Origin: Octopus sinensis
Taxonomy: Eukaryota
Length of the DNA: 64,000 nucleotides
NCBI RefSeq assembly: GCF_006345805.1
Contig: NC_043012.1
Coordinates: 26,722,001-26,786,000 of the forward strand
Direction of reading: 5' to 3'
Part shown: one piece after another, positions 42,418 to 56,200 of the stretch
Position numbering within the stretch: position 1 is the first letter of the stretch
Layout of the letters: each line of letters opens with the position of its first letter
Program-made: the position numbers and the translations under genes
Notes under the pieces: model-generated
Databases searched by the model: none
What the model saw: the letters and a program-made list of their open reading frames with translations, nothing else
Told to the model about the DNA's origin: nothing

Positions 42418-42903
42418 ATATGTATAATAATATTTCAGGCGTCACTACATGCAAATTATTATTTTGTATGATGTTATTGTTGCTGTTCTTAACTGGTGGT
42501 GGTGGTGGTGGTGGTGGTGGTGATGGTGGTGTAGAAGAGGAAGGGAGGAGGAAATGGTGTAGAAGAAGAAGAAGAAAAAGAAGGAGGAGGAGAAGAAGAA
42601 GAAGAAGAAGAAGAAGAAGAAGACGAAGAAGAAGAAGAAGAAGACGAAGAAGAAGAAGAAGAAGAAGAAGAGATAAGAAGAAGAAGAAGAAGAAGAAGAA
42701 GAATAAAGGACGAAAGGGGAGCAGCTGTTGATGCCGTGATGAAATGAGAGATAGAAACTATATATTATCTATACAAACATAAATATATATGAGTGTGTGA
42801 GTGTGCGGTTTGGGGTATATGTCTGAGTATATGTTACGTATGTCATTATGTGGTATGCATTTGTGCGTACATACACACACACACACATATATACATATAT
42901 ATA

Positions 42904-42951
<48 letters not shown>

Positions 42952-44620
42952 ACATATGTATATATGCATATATATGCATACATATCTATGTTCTTATATA
43001 TCCATACATATGCATCCATACATATACATTTATAAATATACATTTATACATGTATATATGCGTGTTTTGTGTGTATGCATATGTATATATATGCGTGTGT
43101 ATGTGTGTCTGTGTTTGTGTGTGTATGTATTTCTTCTAAAACCGATTCCCACGCACGCAGCAGGAAACCACGCGAAAATTAACAAACACACAGACACACG
43201 GACACACAGACACACAAATATACGCAAACACTCGCAAACTGAAATACGCATTCAGAATACTACTTGTCATCTATTCGAAGATGCGTAAAGATCAGTATAA
43301 AACGGTCGCAGCGTGACGGTTTATACCGATATAACATCTACGAAGCTAACGAGAATAATACAAGAGACTTGTTGAACTGCCTTCTTCCATTTTTAAACAT
43401 TGCGTACAACTGTTCATTTGTGAGAAGTTAACATGGCGCGAATATCAATAGGTCTCTTTTAACAGGTTATCTTGGAGGATTTCAGTCTAAGAACAATCGT
43501 GATTGATTCCCAGTTCTCATTGTCCTATTCACCGTTATCACTTCTCTGGCACCTACTGGTTTCGTTAGTATAGTTACGCGTATGGTTGTTGATGGTAATG
43601 TTTGGTATTGCTGCTACTAAATTTTGTTGTTATTGTTTTTTTTGGGGTTTTTTTGGTGGATGTTATTAGTTTTAGAAATGTCGGTGATGATGTTGCTGGT
43701 GTTGTTGTTCATGGTGTGGTGGCGGTGTGTTTGTGTGGGGGTTATTGTTGTTGTTGTTGGTGGTGGTAGTAATGATTGTAATTATGTATAGGGTGACGGC
43801 GATAACGTTTGTATTTTTGAACTTATAATGTCGTTCTTAGTCGTATTTGATGTTGTTGCTGTAAATTTTGTTCTTATCAGTTTTAGTGATGTGTAGTAGT
43901 AGTAGTAGTAGTATTAGTAGTAGTAGTAATGGTTGTGATGATGCTGGCGGTTGCGGATTTGCTGTTGTCGACAATGTTGTTGTTGTTGTTGATGATGATA
44001 TTTAGCATATTTAGTGTTGCCTCTGTTATTGCTATTGTTGTTGTACTGAGTGATGGGGGATGACAACATTGGTGGAAGTGGTGGGAGTAGTGCGGGGGTG
44101 ACGAGTGCTGCTGAGAATTTAGTGGTGGTGTTAGAGGTGGTGAAGATGGTGGTAGTGTTTTTTTAAGCTGGTGATGGCGGTGGTTGTGAAGTCGATGCTG
44201 GCGGCTATGAAGACGATGGTGGTGGTGGGGGTGGGCGGGGGGGTAGTGGTGATGGTAGTATTGTGGTTGTGAAGATGGTGAGGGAAGATAGTGGTGGGGA
44301 AGTTGATTATGATGTTATTAATGGTATTTGGGCTTAATGCCGCTGGTAGTATTTCTATTATCATTGTTGTCGTTGGTGGTGGTGGTGGTGGCGAAGGTGG
44401 TAAAATGGTGGTAGTGGTGGTGATGGTGGTGGTGGTAATGTTGCTGCTAACGTTAATGATGGTAAATGTTGATGATTATGATAGTATTAATGGTATTTGG
44501 GCTTAATGCTGCCGGTAATATTGCTATTATTATTGTTGTCGTTGTTGTTGGTGGTGGCAGCGGAGATGGTGGTGGTTGCAGCGGAGATGGTAGTGGTGGT
44601 GGTGGTGATGCTTATAGTGA
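42300..44620. repeat. Microsatellite and trinucleotide fields ((TA)n, (GGT)n, (AGA)n, (GTT)n, (GTA)n)
   Basis: Direct inspection; includes a ~70-bp duplication (44316/44486). Confidence 0.85.
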
Positions 44621-45734
44621 TCAATTTTTTGAACAATAGAATATGATCAGAAGAGGTTTAGCTGTTATTTTTATCAGATCAAGCAACCGCGTACAGACTC
44701 CTTCATTGGCCCGTGATATCTGTTTGTGTTACTGTTTCTGAGTCGCAACCATGACCGAATAGATCAAGCTGAAGATGAACTGCTTACAAACAATCTGTAG
44801 ATCGTCTCTGCTATGAGGAGAATTACAGATAAGTTCACTTCCGTCAGTTCATCGCAGGAAAGGTCACCGTCATCAATTCGCCATGAAGAAAGTTCACCGG
44901 AAGGAAAGTCCACCGAGAAAATATATCCATTGTAAAGTTACTCGTCACGTCAAAATAACTCTTCAGCGTTACTACTGATTTAACCTCAGGCAGATCTTCC
45001 ACCAGCTGGTTATAAGTGCAGCCTGCACTCTGTATACAATGCAAGCAGGGGAGAGAACTCTTATCACTCTCCAGCAGACGACAAGATCGCAAGATCGGCT
45101 CGGTTTCAAGCTAGTTTTGATCATCTTCAGTCGCGAACACCCGGTCGCTAGAGAGATGGCCAGAGTCTGTTCCAGCAAGAAATGTATAGAAAACAGAGCG
45201 ACCATCACTCACTGATATCCATAGTATATCACCATTAATAGTTTTAAAAATATTTTATCGAAAAAAACAAACAAAAAAACGATGAATTGATGACTGCAAG
45301 TTACCGGACATGGATGGGGATGCAGACTTAGATCAGGTTATACGAGATATTTAGGCCTCTGGGCTAATTATTCAGCATTAGTGAGTTTATTTAAATATTA
45401 ATGGGAACATTGATGATGATGATCATCATCATCATTATATGTCCCTAGTAACATCATTACTTCGCACCATTATTGTGAAACGTAGACATCTAAATGAGTT
45501 ACGTATAGTAGTAGTTGTTGTAGTAGTAGCAGCAGCAGTAGCAACAACAACAGCTGCAGCTGTCATACTAGCGGTAGTAGTTGAAGTACTCGTGGTAGGA
45601 TTAACAACAGCAGCTTTGATATCTGGAATGTCATCATGGGTTCACTGCCCTCTAACAGGGGAGAAATGCGATCAGCAATCCCTAAATAACTCACGGTGGA
45701 AGGGAATGACATCGACCGCGAGAAGCTGTGAGCG

Positions 45735-46110
45735 TTGACGAGGAAGAACTAGCTAAGTGGTTCTGGATGACATTAGGCTCGGAGATTACAGTGGATAACT
45801 TCCACCGAGGCTTCTAGAAGCTGGAGACAAACTGTGAAGGACTGTCTGAAAAGCGCGTGGTGGGACGAAACCATTCTTCTCTCATTCGTCCAGTGTCGCG
45901 ATATTATTGACTTGTGCCGTTTTATCAAAACGCTGTTGTCACATCTAGGACGGATCTGGTTATCGACCGAGTTCATCATGAAGACCTTCTTGTAGTTCTC
46001 CTTCAATCCAGCCCAGAGCGCAGGAAGGGCGGGAAGTTTCTCTCTATCTGACTGTCATGGCGAAAGAGACCTTCAATAAATTCATCAAAAAGTGAATGAC
46101 TGTGACATAA
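45735..46110 (+). mobile_element. Degenerate Tx1/L1-like LINE ORF2 3' fragment (zinc-finger region); 44690-45230 may be upstream remains
   Basis: VDNFHR, GDKL, DCLKS..DETILLSFVQC..L..LGRIWLS.E.IMK, EGREVSLYLTVMAKE resemble the CxxC-ET..H...C region of Tx1-type ORF2. Confidence 0.5.
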
Positions 46111-46164
46111 TGTTTAGCGTGGACGGGTCATCTCTAGTGAAACATCAGTACTTTGTAGTATAAG

Positions 46165-46545
46165 GAGGCGAGCTGGAAGGAACGTTAGCACGCCGGGCGA
46201 AATGCGTAGCCGTATTACGTTCTGAGTTCAAATTCCGCCCAGGTCGACTTTACCTTTCATCCTTTCGGGGTCGATAAATTAAGTACCAGTTACGCACTGG
46301 GGTCGATATAATCGACTTAATCCGTTTGCCTTTCCTTGTTTGTCCTCTCTGTGTATAGTCCGTTGTGGGTAGTAAAGAAATAAGTATTTCGTCTGCCGCT
46401 ACTTTCTGAGTTCAAATTCCGCTGAGGTCGACTTTGCCTTTCATCCTTTCGGGGTCGATAAATTAAGTACCAATTTCGTACTGTTGTCGATCTAATCAAC
46501 TGTCGCCCCCACAAAAAAAAATTCGCGCGTTGTGCCTAGAGTAGA
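46165..46545 (+). mobile_element. Dimeric family C SINE
   Basis: Full unit plus a truncated second unit with a different tail. Confidence 0.85.
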
Positions 46546-46829
46546 AAAGTACTTTGCAGTATAACTATTGAAAGACGGCAATTATTTTTGTCAGCATGGG
46601 TGATCTTGGAATTGTCGTATTCCATGATTAGTTCTTAATGGAAGTCTCTCTACTTACACGTTTTGTATCAGAATTTTATCGTCTTTGCATTTTTCTACAA
46701 TCAATCCTTTTTTTTTGTTTAAACACGTTTCCTTTTTTTCCCTATTATTTTCATCCAGTTTTAAGTAAACCGCCATTATTATATGTAAACGTGGCTTTCA
46801 ATGTCCTATTCATCGGATACCCCTGTAGG

Positions 46830-47067
46830 AAATAAAATAAACCATCGTCATTATCGACATTATTATCATCGTCATCATCGTCATCGTCGTCGTCGTTGTC
46901 GCCATCGGCATCATCACCAACACCACCATCGTCATCATCGTCGTTGTCGTCATCATCGTCGTTGTTGTCACCATCATTAGCACCACCACCACTGCCATTA
47001 CCATCATCACCACCACCGCCATCATCATCACCACCACCACCGACATCATCATCATCATCACCACCAC

Positions 47068-47108
<41 letters not shown>

Positions 47109-47186
47109 CCATCATCATCATCACATCATCATCATCATCATCATCACCACCACCACCATCACCATCATCATCACCATCATTATCAC

Positions 47187-47218
<32 letters not shown>

Positions 47219-47230
47219 ATATTCCCATCA
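46830..47230. repeat. (CAT/CAC/CGT)n tract
   Basis: Direct inspection. Confidence 0.95.
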
Positions 47231-47705
47231 ATATTCAAATAAAATCATTAATGCTGAATAATTCCCTTAGAGGCCTAAATATGTCGTGTACCTTCGAGAC
47301 TAAATGTTTCGTTAAACATATACAATAAATTGAATAGCTAATTAATTAACTAATTAATGATTAATTAAACTAACGTTATCATTGCTGTTGTTGGCGTTGC
47401 TGTGACTTGTTTTCTTTGCCCATACATTAATACTGACTGAGCAGTCTTACTATCAAATGAGCTTCTATCAAGGGCATTGGTTATCTAAGACTACATTATA
47501 AAATGTGCCACTCACTTTGCAAGAGAGCAGGGTGCAATTTGAGGGAGAGATTTAATTGCTATATTTTTTAGCTGATAAAGTCAATGCGTAAAGGCTCGCT
47601 AAAAAGTAGAGAAACAATGATTCTTATTTTAATTTTGCTGCGTGGCAACTTACATAATTATTTCGCAACTTTATTGTAAGACGTAGACTACTAAATGAGA
47701 TACGT

Positions 47706-47749
<44 letters not shown>

Positions 47750-47904
47750 TGTAGCAGCAGCAGTTGTAGTAGTAGTATTAGTGGTAGCAGCAGCAGCAGT
47801 TGTAGTAGTAGTAACAACAGCACCAATAGCAGCAGTAGTAGAAATAGCAGTACTTCAACGTCGCCATCGTTTTTTTCTTTTATTCTTCACCTCTTACACA
47901 TCTG

Positions 47905-48615
47905 CAAATTTCGTGGCACCAGCTTTCGTCATCTGTGTTGACCTTGGAAGAAAAGTCCGGATCAACTTCCAACTGTTTTTTTTTTTCAGTTCGCAACACG
48001 TATTCAGTCGTGACTGCTATTGATCTTCCGCGAGCCAGAGAGGCACAAATTTTGCTGCAACTTTTTTCACTTGCAACTCCTCGCTTAAAATTCATAGGCA
48101 GGAGCTCCACCACGACACACAAGTTCTATCAACAAGTTCGTCAATTGTACAGCGACGGTCCTCCACGATCAGTTCATGAATTTTCATGATGCTTTCATTC
48201 GTTCGGAAAGTCAACAGTCCTCCTGAACATGGTTGGTCTTTACGCGACATCTGACCATTCCTAAAGCGTAGAAACCACTCGTAGACTTGTACTTTGCTCA
48301 TGGCAGCGTCCTTGTAAGCTTTTTGAAGCATGACAACTGTTTCAGCTGCCGTTTTCCCACAGCTGCTCATGGAAGCACGCTGTTAATTCATTTCAGCCAT
48401 CGTGAAATTCGATGATCAGGAGAGAAGCACTTCAAATCGAAGACGCACTTCAAATCGAAGACGCACAATGTGACAGTATGACTTGCGCAGACGACGCCGG
48501 TCGGCAGACTGATGCCTGAGGGTCGCATAAAGTGGCTTCTAGCGGCAGAAGCCTGAACTACAACGGATTTGTCCCACAGAGAACGTTTACGATTACTTGT
48601 GGGAACCCCTTCGTA
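47905..48615 (-). mobile_element. Internally deleted mariner (irritans/Hsmar2-like) relic
   Basis: GKTAAETVVMLQKAYKDAAMSKVQVYEWFLRFRNG..ENI-like HTH and DPDFSSKVNTDDESWC; terminal TACGAAGGGG at 48606-48615. Confidence 0.85.
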
Positions 48616-48661
48616 CACACATACACACACACACACACACATACATATTATATATAATATA

Positions 48662-48725
<64 letters not shown>

Positions 48726-49132
48726 AAAAAATGAAAGTTCGAAAAATGCTGCTATATTATACAATTTTTAATGTTTATATATACATTATAACATGTTTCA
48801 GTTCTGAAATGAACCTTATCAAAAAAAGTTATATATAAACAGACAGCTCATGCCGTCAAACACAAGAAATTCATTTATAATACACAACGGAGTCAGACAT
48901 CTTAGAGTTCATGTATAGTTGATATATAGTTTGAAGTAAGTTCATTCATGCTATATGTTCAAAGTGTTCGATGCAGTGGCCCACGGTGGCTATACGTATT
49001 CAATACAAAAAACAGATCAAAGTGGTGGAAAGCAGTCAATACAGAAGATTGATGTTTCCGAAAGAGTGAGGAATTCATTTTTACCTTAAGCAATTGTGAT
49101 GACCCATGGTGGGTGTTCGCTGGGTGGTTCTG

Positions 49133-49166
<34 letters not shown>

Positions 49167-49279
49167 ATATATATATAACATATATCTATATAATATGCAA
49201 ATATATATAAATATGTCATCTTCAAGCGGTGATACGAATAAACGAACTTTAGGTTAATTGAAATATGTTTATATATATA

Positions 49280-49691
49280 GGCGCAGGAGTGGCTGTGTGC
49301 TAAGTAGCTTGCTAACCAACCACATGGTTGCAGGTTCAGTCCCACTGCGTGGCATCTTGGGCAAGTGTCTTCTGCTATAGCCCCGGGCCGACCAATGCCT
49401 TGTGAGTGGATTTGGTAGACGGAAACTGAAAGAAGCCTGTCGTATATATGTATATATATATATGTGTGTGTGTGTGTTTGTGTGTCTGTGTTTGTCCCCC
49501 TAGCATTGCTTGACAACCGATGCTGGTGTGTTTATGTCCCCGTCACTTAGCGGTTCTGAGACCGATAGAATAAGTACTGGGCTTACAAAGAATAAGTCCC
49601 GGGGTCGATTTGCTCGACTAAAAGGCGGTGCTCCAGCATGGCCGCAGTCAAATGACTGAAACAAGTAAAAGAGTAAAAGAGAGTAAAAGAG

Positions 49692-49693
<2 letters not shown>
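49280..49693 (+). mobile_element. Full-length family A composite SINE
   Basis: A-box-like TGGCTGTGTG, B-box-like GGTTCAGTCCC, internal (TA)/(TG), tail ending (GAGTAAAA)n. Confidence 0.9.
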
Positions 49694-49732
<39 letters not shown>

Positions 49733-50274
49733 TAGGCATCAAAGCAGCATACGCGCACACACCACATTTTCACTTCTGTTTTGCAGAAGACGTGAATTTA
49801 GAAATGTTCAGGTTCACGCATTCCGCAACACTCACAACAACACAACACAACATCTGTCAATTGAGCAAATGTTCCAAGCGCAGTTTCCATACTTACTTCG
49901 ACACTCGTTTCCCAAACTATTTATTATCTTCGATTCGCAATTTACCTTCCTTTATTTTCTTAATCCTTCCTTCCTCACTCTTCCTCAATAACGAGCTTTC
50001 ACTTCTGATTATCTTTAATTTTTATTTATTTGTTTGTTTCCTTCCTTCCTTCTTCCCTTCTTTCTTTCCTTCTTTCTTCCTTTCTTTCTTCTTTCTTTCT
50101 TTCTTCCTTACTTTCCTTCTCTCTTTCTTTCTTATTCTGTAAGTTTCTTGCTCATCGCATATATTTTTCAAATTCTGTTTCATTCCTCCCTTTCGCTTAA
50201 TCTCAGTTTCTCTCAAAAATCATTCTCTCTCTCCCTCACTCTCTCTCCCTCACTCTCTCTCCCTCACTCTCTCT

Positions 50275-50317
<43 letters not shown>

Positions 50318-50376
50318 AACATACATATATATATATATATATAAACATACCTACTCATCTCTCTCTCTATCTATAA

Positions 50377-50448
<72 letters not shown>

Positions 50449-50498
50449 GTCTCTCTCTCTCTCTATCTATCTATATGTCTGTCTATCTATCTATCTAC

Positions 50499-50558
<60 letters not shown>

Positions 50559-50559
<1 letters not shown>

Positions 50560-50745
50560 CGCCATGATAAATCGTTAGCCACTACACACATTTTTTTCTC
50601 TCCTTGTTTTTTCTGTGTATCTTTCTGTCGAAGAGCGTAGGCTCGAAACGTAAAAGACTTTTTCTATTCCTCAGCGTTATACTAATACATCTGGTTGTTT
50701 TGTACACCACCTGTGTTCGTCTTTTGTTTTTTCGTAAACTCTCCC
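50559..50745 (+). mobile_element. Interspersed repeat with hammerhead-like motif at 50620-50657
   Basis: UCUUU-CUGUCGA-A-GAGC GUAG GCUC-GAAA-CG-UA-AAAGA. Confidence 0.7.
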
Positions 50746-50747
50746 TA

Positions 50748-50836
<89 letters not shown>

Positions 50837-50837
50837 G

Positions 50838-50907
<70 letters not shown>

Positions 50908-51166
50908 AGTCTATCTATCTATCTTAGAATAATTATCTCAACTTCTTCCTTTCTTCACATACACAAACGCAAACTCTCTCTCTCTCTCTCTATCTATCTC
51001 TACCTTTCCCTTCTCTGTATCTCCCTCTCTCTTTGTACCTCTCTCTCACTTTGTACCTATCTCCCCATCTCTCTTTCTTTAATATACTATTTACCTATCT
51101 AAAAAGCAAATATTCACGTTGTATGAAACATTTCTTCTCTCACTATTAATCCCCTTCTTTCTCAAT

Positions 51167-51200
<34 letters not shown>

Positions 51201-51229
51201 CATACATATATATATATACATATATCTAT

Positions 51230-51260
<31 letters not shown>

Positions 51261-51646
51261 GTATGTATATATATACACATATATATGTATATGTATAAAC
51301 ATACATATGGTATATTTATAATATATATATATATATATATATAATATATATACACATATATAATACACACACATATACATGTAGCCATATATATGTATAA
51401 GTATAATATATATACATATATATATACGTATATATATATATATACGCATTTATACGTATGTGTATGTGTATGCATATAATGACTATATGTATGAGTATGT
51501 ATATATATATGTGTGTGTGTGTGTGTGCGTGCTGTGAATGCGTTTGTGTTTGTGTGTCTGTGTGTGTTTACATGCGAGCATATATGTATTTGGGTGGGGC
51601 GGCGTTCTGTCGAACGAAGAAGAAGCAAAGTTTCGTTCTGTTACAG

Positions 51647-51704
51647 GTTACAAGGACATCATGAGTTGCCGTGACCTTAGAGACCGCCCGATGGAAGGCG
51701 AGAG
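51647..51704 (+). CDS. Candidate internal coding exon (58 bp) of an unidentified host gene
   Basis: Acceptor tttcgttctgttacag, donor AG|gtaagg; only one stop-free frame, (G)YKDIMSCRDLRDRPMEGE; GC-rich relative to surroundings. Confidence 0.55.
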
Positions 51705-52160
51705 GTAAGGAAACGAAGATGTCGTTTCCTACACGTTATTACAATTGAATCAAGAAGAGGACACCAAGAGAGGTGAGATGAGAAAAGAAGTAGAGTGATG
51801 TTGGTTGTGACGCTGTCGTTGTTGTTGTTGTTATTTTGGTATTGGTGGTGGTGGGGTTGGTAGTGGAAGTGATGGTGTAAAGAGGAGGCAATTCTCTTTG
51901 AAGAAGAAAATCTAATTTCAAGAAGTAAATTGCCCGCTTGTAATTTAAATTTCTCTGAACAGGTCGCAGTGAAGTCGCATTTATTTGAGTATGCATGTGT
52001 GTGCATGTGTGTGTGTGTGTGAGAGAGAGAGAGACTGTAACTGCGTGCGTGTGTGCGCGCACGAGCGTGCGTATGTGTGACTGTGATTGTGTCTGGGTGC
52101 GGGTTTGGTGCAGTTGTATGAATAATGTATGTTTATTTCCTTATGTGCGTTACATATATT

Positions 52161-52977
52161 CAGAGTGTCCTGGAATTAAGGCAACCGAAGTTCAGGCTTT
52201 AATAACTATCAATAAATGTAATAAGATATGAAAATTATACGGTATTATAAAAGCTTAGTATGCCTTCGTTTTGTTTCAATCTAAAAAAATTCAGATTTAT
52301 AAATTAGATAATGGCTTTATAGCGAAATACAAATATAACCCTCCAAAAAAGAGCTGAAATTAATATAGCTATAGCAATAAAGTTTTAAAACTAACCGAAC
52401 AACAGTCTGGAAAATTGTCAAAAAATTTCAAGGGACTGGTTCCATCGCTGATCGACCTGGACGTAGCCGAAAAAGATGTGTGCGGACCCCTCCCTTAGCT
52501 TATCAAGAGTATCAAAGAAATATGTATATATATATATATACTCTTTTTTTTTCTTTTTACTTATTTAACTTGTTTCAGTCATTGACTGTGGCCATGCTGC
52601 AGCACCTCCTTTAGTCGAGCAAATCGACCCCAGGACTTATTCTTTGTAAGCCTAGTACTTATTCTATCGGTGTCCTTTTGCCGAACCGCTAAGTTACGGG
52701 GACGTAAAGACACCAGCATCGGTTGTTAAGCGATGTTGGGGGAACAAACACCGACATACAAAGATGTACACACACATACGTATACATATACATATATACG
52801 ATGGGCTTCTTTCAGTTTCCGTCTACCAAATCTACTCTCAAGGCTTTGGTCGGTCCGAGGCTACAGTAGAAGAGACTCGCCCAAGGTGCCACGCCGTGGG
52901 ACTGAACCCGGAACCATGTGGTTCGTAAGCAAGCTACTTACCACACAGCCACTCCTAAGCTATGTCGCGGAAATAAA

Positions 52978-53021
<44 letters not shown>

Positions 53022-53511
53022 CATATTCTGGAAGCTGCACTACTTCCATGGGCGAATGAGCACTTTCAAGGTAAAGCTTGGACCCTCCATAAGGTCTCGA
53101 CATTGTCCCACAATTCCAAAGAGCCAAAACACAGGATTTAGAAAACAACATTCACTTGTTTATAGGCAAGCATGTATGACCCTGAAGAAGCCCCGATTTT
53201 AACGCGTTGGATTCTTCTGTTTGGTCTAATTTAGAGACAAGGGTCTCGAGCACTCCTCATTCTTGGGTTGATGATCTGAAAGCAAAGCTACGCCAGGAAT
53301 GGGCTTCGTTTCCGCAAGAACTGCTGCGTGCCGCGTGTGAAGCTTTCGCGTCTAGACATAAGGCTGTGATTCGAAACGGAGGTGGTTGTTTCGAAAGCAT
53401 ATGATAGTGTCATAATTGTGTCTGCATTGCAATGTTCGGAGCCGAAATGTAACAATATTTTGCTCTGGTCAAATTGAAAAATGTTGGTTGCCTTAATTTC
53501 AGAACAGCCTG
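52161..53511 (+). mobile_element. Internally deleted Tc1/mariner (maT/DD37D-like) element with paired TIRs
   Basis: TIRs CAGAGTGTCCTGGAATTAAGGCAACC (52161-52186) and GGTTGCCTTAATTTCAGAACAGCCTG (53486-53511); NRTTVWKIVKKFQGTGSIADRPGR; SPDFNALDSSVWSNLETRV..LKAKLRQEW..AVIRNGGGCFE. Confidence 0.85.
52548..52956 (-). mobile_element. Family A SINE nested in the Tc1/mariner relic
   Basis: Full architecture between the transposase N- and C-terminal relics. Confidence 0.9.
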
Positions 53512-53800
53512 TATGTGTATATATATACATGCATATCAGCATCAGCATGGCCACAGCTCTGAGCTGAAACTAAAGAAAAAATCATATATATTTATATATA
53601 TATATATATATAGTAGAAATTTGCAGAAAACAAAAGTCGAAGACAGGAGATACTAAATATATGTATATTTCTATGCATGTATGGATATATACATATATGT
53701 ATATATGTGTGTACATGTGTGGTGTGAGTATATACAGACACACACACACACCGCACACACAAACATACAAACACACACACGCACTCACATACGCACACAC

Positions 53801-53840
<40 letters not shown>

Positions 53841-53931
53841 TTACATATACGATAGGGGCAATGAGAGGCAGAAGAATTACTCAGTACAAGTGTTAGAGCT
53901 TAGTTAATATAATTGACGGGCTATTTGCCAG

Positions 53932-53948
53932 TAATCGGAATTTTTCAG
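53932..53948 (+). CDS. Candidate 17-nt microexon
   Basis: ttgac..ctatttgccag|TAATCGGAATTTTTCAG|gtgagt; phase-compatible with the 51647-51704 exon. Confidence 0.2.
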
Positions 53949-54570
53949 GTGAGTCTGTGCATTTTGAACTTAACTTCTTGTCTAAATATTAGTAATCATA
54001 TGGAAAATAGAAAACACAAACTGTTACATTGTTCATGCCTTTACTTATTAATTATAAAGGTCATCTAAAGAAGGTATGCCACATCATTTCAAAGCCCCTG
54101 CACGATGTCTTTAAACTATTTTCTTTCCTTCGATTCCTTCTCTCCTCTTTCTCGGTCACTGTCCCCTCTCTCTCTTACCCCCTTCTCTCTCTTATCCTCT
54201 TGCAACTTGCTGCCTCGTTTCCATCGGCCGCTTGTTCAACATGTCTTATCACCGAAAAGGTACTTATTTTTCCACGCTGTTGATATTGTTTTTGTGTCTC
54301 TCTGTTTGTCTCAAAGCCGTAGGGCGCCTGTGTCATCCATGTTTTTAACCGTTACTGTCCCCCAAAAAAGATTTTTCGTTTCATGTTCGTCTCTGTTGCG
54401 TTTCATTCTTTCCTTCTGTGGCTGGCTGATTCAGAGCGGATCTCAGAATTAAACAGCCGAAATCTGCGATGCGGGATCAGTTTCTGACTAAAGAATGAAG
54501 GCTTTGAATGACCCGTTTGTTTTTTTGTTCGTCCCTTCGTGTATTTCACGTTATTATTTATGTAAAGGTT

Positions 54571-54628
<58 letters not shown>

Positions 54629-55389
54629 CATCCTAATAGTATAAACCACTTTAAGTCTCAAGTCCAAAAATTGTGAAACTGAAGTAAGAGGTTCATTACC
54701 ACATTTTGTCTTTTTCTGTGAAGAAAAAAGAAGGGAATAATGTTTTAGAGAAGCAAAGGATCGGGGATGGGGGGGGGGGGTGTCTTCTCCCATTAATATC
54801 ATCCTTATCATCATTCACCTCACCAATGTCGTTGTCCAGCCCACAAGCTACTCTGTATCGTGCCTTTATGACAAAATTTTTGAAACAATATATGTATGTA
54901 TGTATGTATGTATATATGTATGTATGTATGCATGTATGTATGTAGAGGTCTTTATACGGCAACGCCTATTTCAGTTCTATGAGAATGCAGTTCGATTGTT
55001 CTCAGTATGAATACAACGAATACATTTGTTATTGCTGCACTTTCATTTGTCATGTGGAGAACCAATGTAGCTAACGATAACATTCATGAAACCGCGGTGA
55101 ACAGCGAGAGTGTAAATATATATCGGGTAAATAAGCCTAGTGCTGATAAAAATCGGATTATGACCTTCAGATTGTTTCAGTTGGCAATAAAGTGGGCATT
55201 TGGAAAATGATAAAAATGAAGTATGTGCACAGAATTTGATTTACTGACGGATAAAGTTTTCACTGGCATAGAAGATATTTATTTGTACGAGGACTGCTGA
55301 ATATTTCATTTCTGTAGTTCAAACAGTTGTCAGAGTCTCTGAGCCCTGTTTAAAATGTGCTCCGTTCCTGTTGTACAAGGCCTGCATTT

Positions 55390-56200
55390 GATTGATAATT
55401 TACTTGTGACTTTCACTTGTCAAGAACTTCCATCCGAGGTTATATTGAGAATTCTACTCATTCTAGTTTATTCTAGGATCAAGAGGTTTGGGTGTGTGGG
55501 CTACAGAAAATGTTCGCCTTGAAGCCGATAACGGCTGTTATAGATCCTTGATATAGAAAAAGACGGCCTTATCAAAATTTTATATAGGTGAGAATGCCGC
55601 TTCTCTTTTTATGAGAGACAAGGCTTATAGATAGTAAATATTGGCATTTGTGTGTATCAATATACCCATGTTTCCCAGTTGGCTTACGAAAGAGTTTTTA
55701 TGCAAGTGATTCTAGGTTTAGTCATTCATCTAGAATACCAAGTTTAGCTAAGAATAATAACTGCAACCACACTTTGTCCGTTGAAAGTAGCTATGATATT
55801 TTCCCTCAAAGTATCTTTGAGAGTAGCCAGCGTGATAGTCTGATGCAGCTAATCCATCGTCTTGGTACAATCCACTGGTAAACTTAATGAATTCAGTGTT
55901 TAGCAGTTTTAGTATATACAAGCCAACAACATCGCAAATACCTGTACTCTCATACGAGCAGCCCATCAGCATGTAGAATAAGACTGCGGGTTCGATTTCA
56001 CTTTCCAATCTGACTCATTATCGAAAAGTAGGATTCTATGCGTGTGCATAATTTCCTCAATATTCAATTCAATAGTTACTGAAGAATTTTGCCAGTAGAA
56101 TTTTCCCAGTAGAGATATTGATATCGAGATGCAGCATATCATGTTACCAAATTTGTGTGAATCTAGCTCTTACACGTCATTGGTAGCCATATTGGATTTT
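55390..56200 (-). mobile_element. Decayed Penelope-like reverse transcriptase
   Basis: EIMHTHRILLFDNESDWKVK, MGCSYESTGICDVVGLYIL..SGLYQDDGLA (YxDD motif), FRKP..YID, NLGWKFL. Confidence 0.85.

Noticed and set aside
48785-48830. Minus-strand UUGAUAA..GAAA-CAUG-UU motif with a good helix II and a U3-A8-type core
   Set aside because: Helix I does not pair; at best a decayed ribozyme.
50650-50680. Minus-strand minimal hammerhead-like CUGAGGA-AUA-GAAA
   Set aside because: Not conserved in the 34100 copy of the same repeat.
54029-54452. ORFs following a pyrimidine tract
   Set aside because: Low-complexity CT-rich origin, no coherent splice sites and no recognisable domain.
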